Shown: piece by piece, positions 38,527 through 52,200 of the stretch
Layout of the letters: each line of letters begins with the position of its first letter
Numbering within the stretch: position 1 is the stretch's first letter
NCBI GenBank assembly: GCA_963924565.1
Contig: OZ004614.1
Span: 18,228,001 to 18,292,000, forward strand
DNA length: 64,000 nt
Source of the DNA: Ascidiella aspersa
Taxonomy: Eukaryota
Direction of reading: 5' to 3'
Notes under the pieces: generated by a model
Databases searched by the model: none
What the model was told of the DNA's origin: nothing
Seen by the model: only the letters and a program-made list of their open reading frames with translations
Translations under genes and position numbers: made by a program

Positions 38527-41500
38527 ATGCCCGCATACCTAAAAGTCATAACGCTAAACGTCGCGGGCATACACAACCCCCGTCGACGTTTAGCCATTTT
38601 CGAACTCCTAAAGTCCACTCGAGCAGATATAATCCTGCTTCAAGAGACCCACTCCACCCCACAGGACGAGGCCACCTGGGCCCACGAGTGGACCCCCGGC
38701 CCCGCCCTTTTTAACTCCGCCCCCTCCGGAGGCTCTGCCTCTAAGGGAGTAGCCATCTTGTTTAACTCCCCCACCTTCACCCCAACAAACGTCTTCTCTG
38801 ACTTAACCGGCAGAACCTTATCATGTGACATCACCAACTTGGACCCAACTATCCACATAACTAACATATACGCCCCATCCGGCAATAGAACCGCAAACAC
38901 CAAATTCTTTGAAAATCTATACCCATACCTCACCTCCCCAAACCCGATAGTTTTTGCAGGAGACTTCAATTCTGTTTTACAACCCCACTTGGACATTTAC
39001 CCCCCAAAATCAGCCCGCCATATAAACAAATCTCTAGCCACACTCATCGCCACAATACAATTAATTGACCCCTATAGAACTGCAAACCCTGACACCCAAA
39101 TTTTTACAAGAAGACAAACGAACACACAATCACGCATAGATCGATTCTACATCTCGTCAGATATCATAGCCACCAACTATTCAGTTACCCCTTTTTCCCT
39201 CTCCGATCATGACCAGGTCCTAATAACCATTAATATACCCCATACGCCCCCCAACAGGCCACGGCCTTTGGAGAAATAACATCCAAACTCTGAAACACCA
39301 AGATTTCAAAACCAAACTTCAAGTTAAACTCCACTGGCTAACGACATTAAAACACGACTTTGACCCGCTCAGTTTCTGGACCCTAATAAAGGAAAGAGCT
39401 GCTACCCTCCATAAAATAGTACATAAAGAGAACAACATAACTAACTCCCGGGAAATAACCCAGAAACATTTGGACTTAGCCAAATTAAGGGAGGAAATGA
39501 ATCCCAATAACTACCAGCAAACCCTTGTTAAGTTCCAGAATCTCAAGCGTGAATTAAACAAACATTATATATCAAAAGCACGATACGATCTGTTAAAAGC
39601 AAAAGCAAACTTAATAGAAAACAAAAACCTCTCTACCAAAACCCTCTACAAACTAGTGCTACCTAAAAAACATTCCAGTCACATTAAAGAACTACTAGAC
39701 GAAAATTCATTACCGTATGACACCCCCGTTGAACTATGCAACATCGCGAAAAAATTCTACGGAGAACTTTATGCACCATCACCCCCCACATACCACCACC
39801 TAAACCACTTTACCGATAACCATATACCCATTCCAGACCAGTTAAACACGGCACTAACCCAACCCATTACCCTTATAGAAATCCGACAAGCAATTAAAGC
39901 CTTTCCATCTGGTAAGACCCCCGGGCCCGATGGGCTAACTATCGAGTTCTACAACGAGTGCTGGGATTTAATCGGACCCCACCTCCTCCCCGCCCTCAAC
40001 CATGCATACTTCTCCCCCTCTCTCCCTCCTACTTTCGTAGAAGGCGCAATAATACTAATCCCCAAAACCACAGATGCCAACACCCTCTCGAACTTCCGCC
40101 CCATCTCACTTTTAAATACAGACCTTAAAATTCTTAACAAAATTCTCAACACCCGCATCAAACCCCATCTAAAACATTTTATTTCCCCCAACCAGCATGC
40201 CCAAACCAACAAAAATACCTCCACCGCCTCCAACCTCCTCCGCGACCTATATCATTTCTCATCCCAGAGCGACACCCACTCCTTCTTCATATCGCTCGAC
40301 TTCAAAAAAGCCTTTGACTCCATAACCCATACCTGGCTCTCCCACTCCCTTATTTCCCGTAATTTCCCCCCGTGTTTTGTAAACTACCTGACCGCTACCC
40401 AAACCTCGGCTTCATCCCAAATTCTAATTAACGGTCACCCCTCCCAACCCGTGGCGATCAGGAGAGGAGTGAGACAAGGCGACCCGCTAAGTCTCACCCT
40501 CTTCCTGATCGCCCTCGACCCTCTCCTCCAAAGTATCCAAAACAACCCCTCCATTGCCCCCTCCCCTGCTCCCATCCGAAACCCCCCTAAATTTATAGCA
40601 TATGCAGACGACGTCACCCTCACCCTTGCGCACCACCAATCCCTGCCTGCCTTATTTGACACCTTATCTAAATTTCACGACACCTCTGGCCTCTCCCTCA
40701 ATCCCCTTAAAACCAAAGCCACTTACAACCGCTCCCTCCCCCCGCCCTTTCTAAATATCCCCACCATAAATTGGAACCCCCTAGCCATATTTCCCCTCAA
40801 CATACCAATTGGCGACCCCACCCAAATTACCCAAGCATGGAACACAGCATACACCGAATTTGTAAACAAGACCTCACTAATCAAACACCCCTTTCTCACT
40901 TTTGACACTAAATCTATTCTATCCAAAACCCTGCTTCTCCCTCACTTCTCCCAACTAGCCCACGTCTACTCCCCCCCGGACCGCATCAAAAACAAAATAA
41001 ACAAGAAAATGTGCCAATTCATCACCGGTCCCCGCAACCCCACCATCCCATTGGACAAGCTCGCGGCCAGCCGCCCACACGGAGGCTACTCCATTGCCAA
41101 CATTCCCCTCTATTCGGACCTTTTTCTTATAAGACAAGTAGGCGCATACTTGCGACACCGCTTAGCTGACACCCCATCCGACACACAAACCCAAATAATC
41201 GAACACCAGCTAGGTATTCCATTGGCCCGAAAATACGAGCTCCGTTTCAAAAATACACTCCCCCATACCATTTTCCCTTCCCCACACTATAAGCAAATCT
41301 GGAACATCATTTTAAAATATAACCCGACCCTAACCGAAATAATATCCCCCAAAATAAAACCCTTATATCTCCGACTTACAACCCCACATCAGTACCTCCA
41401 CCCCACCAACCAAAACCGAAATCCCCCCAACTGGCCACTCATACACCATCCCATGCTTCCCTCCTACCTTAAAACATTCAACTACAAACTGGCATCAAAT

Positions 41501-41956
41501 GCAATCCCTGTCAAATGCCACACAGTCCCAAATATTCCGTCACTCCAACCAAACTGCCTCCTTTGCCACACACGCTATGAGTCGGATGTCCATCTTTTTC
41601 ATGAATGCCCACAAATACAACCCCTCCTAAATCATGTCAGATACATACACACCGCCTTCACATCCCACCAAACAGATTTCTTCAATCACCACTCCCACAT
41701 CACATTCACCACACCCCTTCAAACCCCCTTCCCAAACAACAACCTAATAACCCTTCTCAACACTGTCTTACACCATACTATATGGAAAACCAGAATTAAA
41801 AAAGCCATATTAGAAACCCCTGACCCAAACCCCACTCCGCCGCAAAAACTGATAACATCCTTCAATCAATCAATACGTATGAAATATAGAATCGAACAAG
41901 CAAAAACTACTCCAACATATATTGATCTATTCGAAAAGTTAATCACTTTACTATAA
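38527..41956 (+). pseudogene. Family A ORF2 (APE-RT), copy A1, +1 frameshift
   Basis: An extra C in the run at 39238-39241 relative to copy A2 splits the ORF into 38527-39279 and ~39240-41956. It may be a homopolymer error. Confidence 0.85.
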
Positions 41957-42531
41957 ACCAAGCTAGATCACTCTCACCCCACACCCTCCACCCTAGTTCC
42001 CGCCCGACTCCCTTTCTGTCCATTATTGTTTTCATTTCTTAACTTCTAATCTACCAATACAGAGAAACCAACGATTTCAGAGAGGTAAAAGTAACCATCG
42101 CCGCCATTTTGTTTTTAGAGACGCCATTTTGTTTTTCCGACGGCCATTTTGTTTTGTGATTAAGGCCCTTTTTAACTGAAATTGACAATTTCAAAGTGTG
42201 TCCCTACCCTCTGCAACCACAAAAGCATATCCTCGAAAGAGGGGAGCGAGAAATAAACCCAGAAATATCTTTTTTCCTACTCGTTGTTGTTTTTCCTTTT
42301 CCTTTCGTGCCAACATGCATACTCCCCTTGTAGGAGGAGTAAAGGCCTCTTATTTGTTTTTATTTTAGTTTTGTCACTGCTTAACGGTTTACACATCCCC
42401 TGCAGTCATGACACCAGCGTGCTGCACCCAGTTTCCCCTGTTATTTTTCGCCATACTTTTCGCCGTCCGCTACCAAAATTACACACTGCTCGTTGTTCAC
42501 ATCCGAAACGAATATCAATAAATAACCAATA

Positions 42532-42609
42532 AGGGCAATGATGAGCCCAAACCAAAGGGGGGCCCTAGCAAATTGCTAGCCCCAAAAACCCTGAGGTCAC
42601 TGAGCCCTC
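42532..42609 (+). ncRNA. Box C/D kink-turn-like module at the family A 3' end (A1)
   Basis: AGGGC-A-ATGATGA ... CTGA-GCCCT directly before poly(A). Confidence 0.7.
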
Positions 42610-42615
42610 AAAAAA

Positions 42616-42681
<66 letters not shown>

Positions 42682-42691
42682 AATCGTCAAA

Positions 42692-43294
42692 ATGTCAGGA
42701 GGCGCAGGAGATAGCAGCAAGCCGAAAGCCAAGAAGGCATCGCCGACCCAGGCGACTCATCCCACCTACCAGGTGATGGTCACCGCCGCCATTACACAGC
42801 TTAAAGAAAGAAACGGCTCGTCCCGACAGAAGATTGTCAAGTACGTCAAGGACAACTACAAGGTCAGCGACAACTTCAACGTACCCTTAAAAACCTGCAT
42901 CAGGCGCCTTATCAAAAGTGGGCAGCTCGTGCAGGTCAAGGGAACTGGTGCTTCGGGCTCTTTCAAGCTCGCCAAGACCGACAAGAAGCCGGTCAAAAAA
43001 GAGGCCAAAAAGAAGCCAGTTGCCGCCAAAAAGCCGGCAGCCAAGAAAGCCGCCGCGGCTAAAAAGCCAGCTTCCGCCTCGGCTAAGAAGACCACCGCCA
43101 AAAAGGCCGCCGCCGCCGCGAAAAAACCCGCCGCAAAGAAGTCGCCCAAAAAGCCGGCTGCCAAAAAAGCGCCGGCAAAGAAATCGACGACGGCCAAAAA
43201 GCCGTCGCCCAAAAAGGCGGTCAAGGCAAAGAAGCCAGCAGCAAAGAAGCAGGCCAAGAAGCCAGCTGCCAAAAAGGCTGCCACTAAAAAGTAA
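42692..43294 (+). CDS. H1: Histone H1 (200 aa), separated from its promoter by A1
   Basis: Intact CDS, one Ala shorter than units 1-4; only ~15 nt of native leader remain. Confidence 0.93.
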   Translation: MSGGAGDSSKPKAKKASPTQATHPTYQVMVTAAITQLKERNGSSRQKIVKYVKDNYKVSDNFNVPLKTCIRRLIKSGQLVQVKGTGASGSFKLAKTDKKPVKKEAKKKPVAAKKPAAKKAAAAKKPASASAKKTTAKKAAAAAKKPAAKKSPKKPAAKKAPAKKSTTAKKPSPKKAVKAKKPAAKKQAKKPAAKKAATKK

Positions 43295-43645
43295 GCCCCC
43301 CCCAATGATGAGCCGCACGCCTCCCCAATACGGCCGTGGCAAACACAAAAAACGGCTCTTTTCAGAGCCACCTTTTACTCACAAAAGAGATATTTTGAAG
43401 CAAGCCGTCGACGCTTGCCTAGAGCATACCGTTAGATATAGGACTTGCGCTTTTGAGATAATTATCGCTACAAACAACAAACGAAAGAAATTTGCCTCCA
43501 CTTAAGACGCGGGTCAATTTCAAAGCGTGCTTTTACGCTTGCCACCGGTATCCAATAGCGCCCGAACGTGGTGACGTCAAACGCGAGAGTACACAGCGTA
43601 TAAAAGGCGGTGCTAAGAGAGAGATTTCACAGTTCGAATTTTTAA

Positions 43646-43975
<330 letters not shown>

Positions 43976-44322
43976 AATGTCCGAAACCTAAAAAACATCA
44001 CCGGCCCTTTTCAGGGCCACCCAAAAATGCTAAAAGAGATATTTTGTTAAATGCTAAAGCTATGTGTGTGTGTGTGTGTGTCTTGCTGCCCCAGTCGTTT
44101 AGTCCAGTACGGTTAGAAGGCATTTTGGCGAAAAAGAACGAGGCTCGAAAGGCCTGATAAGTCTCATGTCACATTATGCCGAAAGGCGCAAATCTCTCGG
44201 CCGGCGAGAAGAACGATTATTGGACGAGAGAATGTTTTTTTTCCCTCGTCCAATCAGCTAACGTACTTTCGGGTATATAAGGTCGGTCGAAAGCGTTGCA
44301 AATCATTTCTAACGATATCTAG

Positions 44323-44757
<435 letters not shown>

Positions 44758-45252
44758 GTCCGTGCAAACGCCGAACATCAACAACACAACGGCTCTTTTC
44801 AGAGCCACCTATTGTTTTGAAAAGAGATTTTAAACTCCGGTAAAGCGTTCGACTGCTAAGCGTAAGCCACCGACCCGACTCGCAACGGGTGGTATCACGC
44901 GGACGCGTAGGGGGATCTACTAGGCCGTCTGGTCCGAAATGATGCCAGAGTGGCAGATTGGGGTTGCCTTTTGGCTTTTGGCGTTAACGGCCCTCGAAAT
45001 ACTTTATGCCCTGGCAAGTAAGCCAGCATCTCGGTTTGACACATGCGTCCTTTTAGCGAGTTTTTCGTTCGTCGCTCGAAGGTTTGTTATTTGCCAAGTA
45101 AAATCCTGCTCACTAACGAACTAGGGGGGTACATTTCAAGGTAGAGGCAGGTACTATAACTAGCAGTAAGTTTAAGCAAGCCAAATGGTTCTCTTTCAAA
45201 CTGTAGGGTGGCTCTGAAAAGAGCCGTTTTTTGGTGTGAAGCAGTTGTTGCT

Positions 45253-45813
<561 letters not shown>

Positions 45814-45905
45814 TCATTTGCATCTCTTCCGATCTATAAGCGACGAGAGTGGAAAAACACGCCACACTCTTCGTCGTCGAAAGCACTGAAGAACCTCCTG
45901 TCAAA

Positions 45906-46265
45906 ATGGCTGCAAGCAAAGGCACCAAAAAGGCTGTCAAGAAGCACAACACCAGCGATAACAAAAAGAAGCGCCGACACAAGCGCAAGGAATCTTTCAG
46001 CATCTACATTTACAAGGTGCTGAAGCAGGTCCACCCTGACACCGGCATATCGAGCAAGGCGATGAGCATCATGAACTCGTTCGTGAACGACATCTTCGAG
46101 CGTATTGCCAGCGAGAGCTCGCGCCTTGCCCACTACAACAAGCGCTCAACAATCAGCAGTCGGGAAATCCAGACCGCTGTTCGTCTGCTTTTGCCTGGCG
46201 AGTTGGCCAAGCACGCCGTTTCCGAGGGCACCAAGGCCGTCACCAAATACACCAGCTCCAAGTAA
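45906..46265 (+). CDS. H2B: Histone H2B
   Basis: Canonical ORF. Confidence 0.99.
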   Translation: MAASKGTKKAVKKHNTSDNKKKRRHKRKESFSIYIYKVLKQVHPDTGISSKAMSIMNSFVNDIFERIASESSRLAHYNKRSTISSREIQTAVRLLLPGELAKHAVSEGTKAVTKYTSSK

Positions 46266-47797
46266 ATTTCGGTTTGCTTGTCAGCTGAACCAAAAAACGG
46301 CTCTTTTCAGAGCCACCCATAACTTTGAAAGAGACAAACCCGATCGCTTTGCAAAAGGCTGCATTTTGTGTGTTTTGCTAATCGTATTGTTGCTCTTTTC
46401 ATTCCCACATTAGTCAACGAGCGATTGATTTACTGTAAGTTCGAAATAGGTGGAATCGAGCCCAAACTGAGAAAAGTTGGGCCCGAAAGCTTTCAAGTGC
46501 TAAACTATTTTCTAACTAAAATTATATTTCAAAAAAAACAAAACAAAAAAACAATGACGTTCTGGCACTTGTTGAGAAATGTAGGTAGGGTAGGGTAGGA
46601 TGGAGAGGCTAGCAGAAACAACGGGTCGGACCGGCGAAGGAGGCAGGCGGTCGGTCGGTGGAAAACGAAAAGAAACAGTTGGTGTTGTGCGGCCCCGAGA
46701 CAGCCTTAGCTAGGCGGGCAGCACGTTACGTTAGTCAATTAGGAAAAAACAGAAAAGCTGATTTTGCAATTTGCCAACAGGCAGGCAGGCAAACACATTA
46801 TTGAGAATGAGTTTTGTTTCTTTTCGGTGGTTCAGTTTCGGCAGTCTCAGTTAAGGGCTTGTTGCCTGGCTCGAACAGCAGCAAAAACTGTTCTAAAGGC
46901 GGTCCCTTGGCTGACTGCCTGTGCTTAGGCGACAAATCGCAGGGCTTTAATTTTTCGTGTACACGGTCTCGGTGTGACCCAGCCTCGAAAGCAATATCAC
47001 CGGGTAGTCTTGGGAGGCCCAAATCGATCGCGCGTTGGCGTTTTGGCAACTGAACACCTCGAAAAGGGCAGTCGTTCAGCTAAAGCCGAACGTTTCGAGC
47101 GTTGCTGACGACGGTGTGTCCTACTCAGCGACTTGATAGTCGACGGGTGCGCGCTACAGGACCTCAGGCGCTGGTAGACAAAATTTGAAGCGCCACCTCG
47201 GTCGGGCAGCCAGGCAAGCGAGCCTCTTGCTAAAATCAAAAGCACACCAAAGTGCAAGCAGTCGGCAGCAAACCTTTTCGGCATTTCACCGATTTCGCTT
47301 TGGTACGCAAACCACGTACAAATGGCCAGCGTGTGCTGTGTCGTCATAAATCCTTTATTGTTTCTTCGTTGTCGAAGAGAAGTTGATTGAATTAGCAAGC
47401 AAATTGCCATTTAGAAGGGATTGTCTATCCCTGGGATTGTCTATCCCTGCGCTTAAGCTTTGCTTGACAACCAGACAACTGAACATATTTATACTGTCAG
47501 ACAGTCGCAAATTACATCTGCGACTTATTTTGCTGCTACCAAGTCGGGTAGTGAAAAGTTAGTTCTGCGTAAAGACGCAACTTGGATTACTCTCGCCATC
47601 TGCAACCAACTTGGAATTGGATTAGCGCGGCTGCGCCATCAACCCTGCAACCAGGTGTGAACTTTCTTATTTCCTGAGTAACATTGCTATATAAACTGCC
47701 CTACCGGCCAACTGACAAGCCGCCATTTTGTCAAACCTGGCACTTCGGGAAATTTTTTGAAATTCTGCGGGAAATTTAGATTCCGTACCTCGCCGAA

Positions 47798-49081
47798 ATG
47801 GCCCCTACCACGAGTTGTCCTTTAACGGAAGCTGAACTCAAAAGCCTGATTAATTTCGATCGTTCTACAGAGGTAGAAGCTCAGTTTACCCCAGCCCACT
47901 CTCGCCCCGCCATTTATGACCTTCTGGCTCACCTTCGCTTTAAGTTTACCAACCTAGAGGGGCTGACACAACTTCCTAATGGTCGAGTGCAATTCGTTTG
48001 CACGACCAAAGAAAAAGCTGTAGAGCTAGCTAACCTCCTAAGACCCCATGCACGCTATGCAGAAACATTTAATCCAGATACGATAAAAGTCCGTCTCAGC
48101 TACGTGCCAATAAGACTCTCTGACAAGGCCTTAGCCCGGATATTCTCCGCAAAATTCGCGACGTGCCTCCGATCAAGAGAGATGCGCGACTCCTATGGTT
48201 ATAAGAACGGCAAACGTGAACTAACAGTGGTCAATTCTGAAATTATGCAAAGCCCCCTTCCGAAAGAGGCATGGATAGGTCCATTCAAAATAGGAATCCA
48301 CTACGATGGTCAACCCCCATTTTGCAAATACTGCAAAGCACAGGACCACGAGGTGGAGCATTGCACAAAATTAAAAGAGAAAAAGAAGCAAATTAAAGAA
48401 AAAGAAATACTAGATAAAAAAATAGCATCAAACATCCATCCTAACCATAACCAATTCAATCAGGACCCAATATTTAGTGCCATATTAGAAAACATGGACA
48501 TCTTCCCCAACCTGGCAGGACCCACAACCTCTAATATTTTCCTTGCGGGAACTAGACCCGAAAACCATACCAAAACTACCAGTACCCCCCAACCCGGAAC
48601 CATCCCCCCACCTGCCCACACGATTGTCCAATCCCAACCAGCAGTGACCGACAAAGTTGAACCTCACCACGATGACAACATCAATCGCATCGTCCCGATT
48701 CACATGAATATCCCCTCAGACTTAGAGTCGGACGAACACGAAGATGAAGACGACCTTGAAGAAGCCGACAACCACAACGAGAATGGAAATAAATGCGAGT
48801 CGAAAGACTTGCAGGAATTTCGAAAAGAAAAGCAACCAGAAGACCGCCCACCACCTCCCCCCAAACCCACACCTTCTTACGCATACCCCGGACTCCCAAA
48901 ACCATCCATTGTTGACCCTGCAAAAAGAGATAGATCGGGTGACTCAACTCCCGACCGTAAACCCAAAAACCCCAAAACCCAAAACACCATCTATGAATGC
49001 CCCCAATGTTTTACGTCCTTTATTGATGACATACAAAATTGTGACTGCGTCATACCCACACTCCCAGATTCCACAATCTAA
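47798..49081 (+). CDS. Family A ORF1, copy A2
   Basis: 427 aa, nearly identical to A1 ORF1. Confidence 0.9.
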   Translation: MAPTTSCPLTEAELKSLINFDRSTEVEAQFTPAHSRPAIYDLLAHLRFKFTNLEGLTQLPNGRVQFVCTTKEKAVELANLLRPHARYAETFNPDTIKVRLSYVPIRLSDKALARIFSAKFATCLRSREMRDSYGYKNGKRELTVVNSEIMQSPLPKEAWIGPFKIGIHYDGQPPFCKYCKAQDHEVEHCTKLKEKKKQIKEKEILDKKIASNIHPNHNQFNQDPIFSAILENMDIFPNLAGPTTSNIFLAGTRPENHTKTTSTPQPGTIPPPAHTIVQSQPAVTDKVEPHHDDNINRIVPIHMNIPSDLESDEHEDEDDLEEADNHNENGNKCESKDLQEFRKEKQPEDRPPPPPKPTPSYAYPGLPKPSIVDPAKRDRSGDSTPDRKPKNPKTQNTIYECPQCFTSFIDDIQNCDCVIPTLPDSTI

Positions 49082-49209
49082 CCCCCTCCCCCCCCCGCCC
49101 ATCCTTGTCGTTGATATATCCTTATTTATTGTTTGTGTAACTTAAATTTAGTAACTGTAGCCTATAACTGTTGTTTTATTGTAATCATGCAACTACCGTA
49201 AAATGTAGA

Positions 49210-52200
49210 ATGCCCGCATACCTAAAAGTCATAACGCTAAACGTCGCGGGCATACACAACCCCCGTCGACGTTTAGCCATTTTCGAACTCCTAAAGTCCA
49301 CTCGAGCAGATATAATCCTGCTTCAAGAGACCCACTCCACCCCACAGGACGAGGCCACCTGGGCCCACGAGTGGACCCCCGGCCCCGCCCTTTTTAACTC
49401 CGCCCCCTCCGGAGGCTCTGCCTCTAAGGGAGTAGCCATCTTGTTTAACTCCCCCACCTTCACCCCAACAAACGTCTTCTCTGACTTAACCGGCAGAACC
49501 TTATCATGTGACATCACCAACTTGGACCCAACTATCCACATAACTAACATATACGCCCCATCCGGCAATAGAACCGCAAACACCAAATTCTTTGAAAATC
49601 TATACCCATACCTCACCTCCCCAAACCCGATAGTTTTTGCAGGAGACTTCAATTCTGTTTTACAACCCCACTTGGACATTTACCCCCCAAAATCAGCCCG
49701 CCATATAAACAAATCTCTAGCCACACTCATCGCCACAATACAATTAATTGACCCCTATAGAACTGCAAACCCTGACACCCAAATTTTTACAAGAAGACAA
49801 ACGAACACACAATCACGCATAGATCGATTCTACATCTCGTCAGATATCATAGCCACCAACTATTCAGTTACCCCTTTTTCCCTCTCCGATCATGACCAGG
49901 TCCTAATAACCATTAATATACCCATACGCCCCCCAACAGGCCACGGCCTTTGGAGAAATAACATCCAAACTCTGAAACACCAAGATTTCAAAACCAAACT
50001 TCAAGTTAAACTCCACTGGCTAACGACATTAAAACACGACTTTGACCCGCTCAGTTTCTGGACCCTAATAAAGGAAAGAGCTGCTACCCTCCATAAAATA
50101 GTACATAAAGAGAACAACATAACTAACTCCCGGGAAATAACCCAGAAACATTTGGACTTAGCCAAATTAAGGGAGGAAATGAATCCCAATAACTACCAGC
50201 AAACCCTTGTTAAGTTCCAGAATCTCAAGCGTGAATTAAACAAACATTATATATCAAAAGCACGATACGATCTGTTAAAAGCAAAAGCAAACTTAATAGA
50301 AAACAAAAACCTCTCTACCAAAACCCTCTACAAACTAGTGCTACCTAAAAAACATTCCAGTCACATTAAAGAACTACTAGACGAAAATTCATTACCGTAT
50401 GACACCCCCGTTGAACTATGCAACATCGCGAAAAAATTCTACGGAGAACTTTATGCACCATCACCCCCCACATACCACCACCTAAACCACTTTACCGATA
50501 ACCATATACCCATTCCAGACCAGTTAAACACGGCACTAACCCAACCCATTACCCTTATAGAAATCCGACAAGCAATTAAAGCCTTTCCATCTGGTAAGAC
50601 CCCCGGGCCCGATGGGCTAACTATCGAGTTCTACAACGAGTGCTGGGATTTAATCGGACCCCACCTCCTCCCCGCCCTCAACCATGCATACTTCTCCCCC
50701 TCTCTCCCTCCTACTTTCGTAGAAGGCGCAATAATACTAATCCCCAAAACCACAGATGCCAACACCCTCTCGAACTTCCGCCCCATCTCACTTTTAAATA
50801 CAGACCTTAAAATTCTTAACAAAATTCTCAACACCCGCATCAAACCCCATCTAAAACATTTTATTTCCCCCAACCAGCATGCCCAAACCAACAAAAATAC
50901 CTCCACCGCCTCCAACCTCCTCCGCGACCTATATCATTTCTCATCCCAGAGCGACACCCACTCCTTCTTCATATCGCTCGACTTCAAAAAAGCCTTTGAC
51001 TCCATAACCCATACCTGGCTCTCCCACTCCCTTATTTCCCGTAATTTCCCCCCGTGTTTTGTAAACTACCTGACCGCTACCCAAACCTCGGCTTCATCCC
51101 AAATTCTAATTAACGGTCACCCCTCCCAACCCGTGGCGATCAGGAGAGGAGTGAGACAAGGCGACCCGCTAAGTCTCACCCTCTTCCTGATCGCCCTCGA
51201 CCCTCTCCTCCAAAGTATCCAAAACAACCCCTCCATTGCCCCCTCCCCTGCTCCCATCCGAAACCCCCCTAAATTTATAGCATATGCAGACGACGTCACC
51301 CTCACCCTTGCGCACCACCAATCCCTGCCTGCCTTATTTGACACCTTATCTAAATTTCACGACACCTCTGGCCTCTCCCGCAATCCCCTTAAAACCAAAG
51401 CCACTTACAACCGCTCCCTCCCCCCGCCCTTTCTAAATATCCCCACCATAAATTGGAACCCCCTAGCCATATTTCCCCTCAACATACCAATTGGCGACCC
51501 CACCCAAATTACCCAAGCATGGAACACAGCATACACCGAATTTGTAAACAAGACCTCACTAATCAAACACCCCTTTCTCACTTTTGACACTAAATCTATT
51601 CTATCCAAAACCCTGCTTCTCCCTCACTTCTCCCAACTAGCCCACGTCTACTCCCCCCCGGACCGCATCAAAAACAAAATAAACAAGAAAATGTGCCAAT
51701 TCATCACCGGTCCCCGCAACCCCACCATCCCATTGGACAAGCTCGCGGCCAGCCGCCCACACGGAGGCTACTCCATTGCCAACATTCCCCTCTATTCGGA
51801 CCTTTTTCTTATAAGACAAGTAGGCGCATACTTGCGACACCGCTTAGCTGACACCCCATCCGACACACAAACCCAAATAATCGAACACCAGCTAGGTATT
51901 CCATTGGCCCGAAAATACGAGCTCCGTTTCAAAAATACACTCCCCCATACCATTTTCCCTTCCCCACACTATAAGCAAATCTGGAACATCATTTTAAAAT
52001 ATAACCCGACCCTAACCGAAATAATATCCCCCAAAATAAAACCCTTATATCTCCGACTTACAACCCCACATCAGTACCTCCACCCCACCAACCAAAACCG
52101 AAATCCCCCCAACTGGCCACTCATACACCATTCCATGCTTCCCTCCTACCTTAAAACATTCAACTACAAACTGGCATCAAATGCAATCCCTGTCAAATGC

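Larger units (their letters stand above)
36680..42679 (+). mobile_element. Family A L1/Tx1-like retrotransposon, copy A1, inserted in the H1 5'UTR
   Basis: Diverges from the empty unit after CTTTATTGTT; 5'UTR, ORF1, ORF2, 3'UTR and poly(A) 42610-42679; host sequence resumes at AAAGAAATCGTCAAAATG of H1. Confidence 0.95.

Noticed and set aside
42532-42609. SECIS element or hammerhead ribozyme as alternative readings of the 3' module
   Set aside because: There is no in-frame UGA in ORF1/ORF2 and no simple SECIS helix II with an apical AA loop. The hammerhead needs CUGAUGA plus GAAA, which are absent. C/D geometry fits better.
42573-42776. Poly-lysine ORFs (also 53255-53437, and poly-Phe 59619-59927)
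   Set aside because: These are translations of the retrotransposon poly(A) tails.
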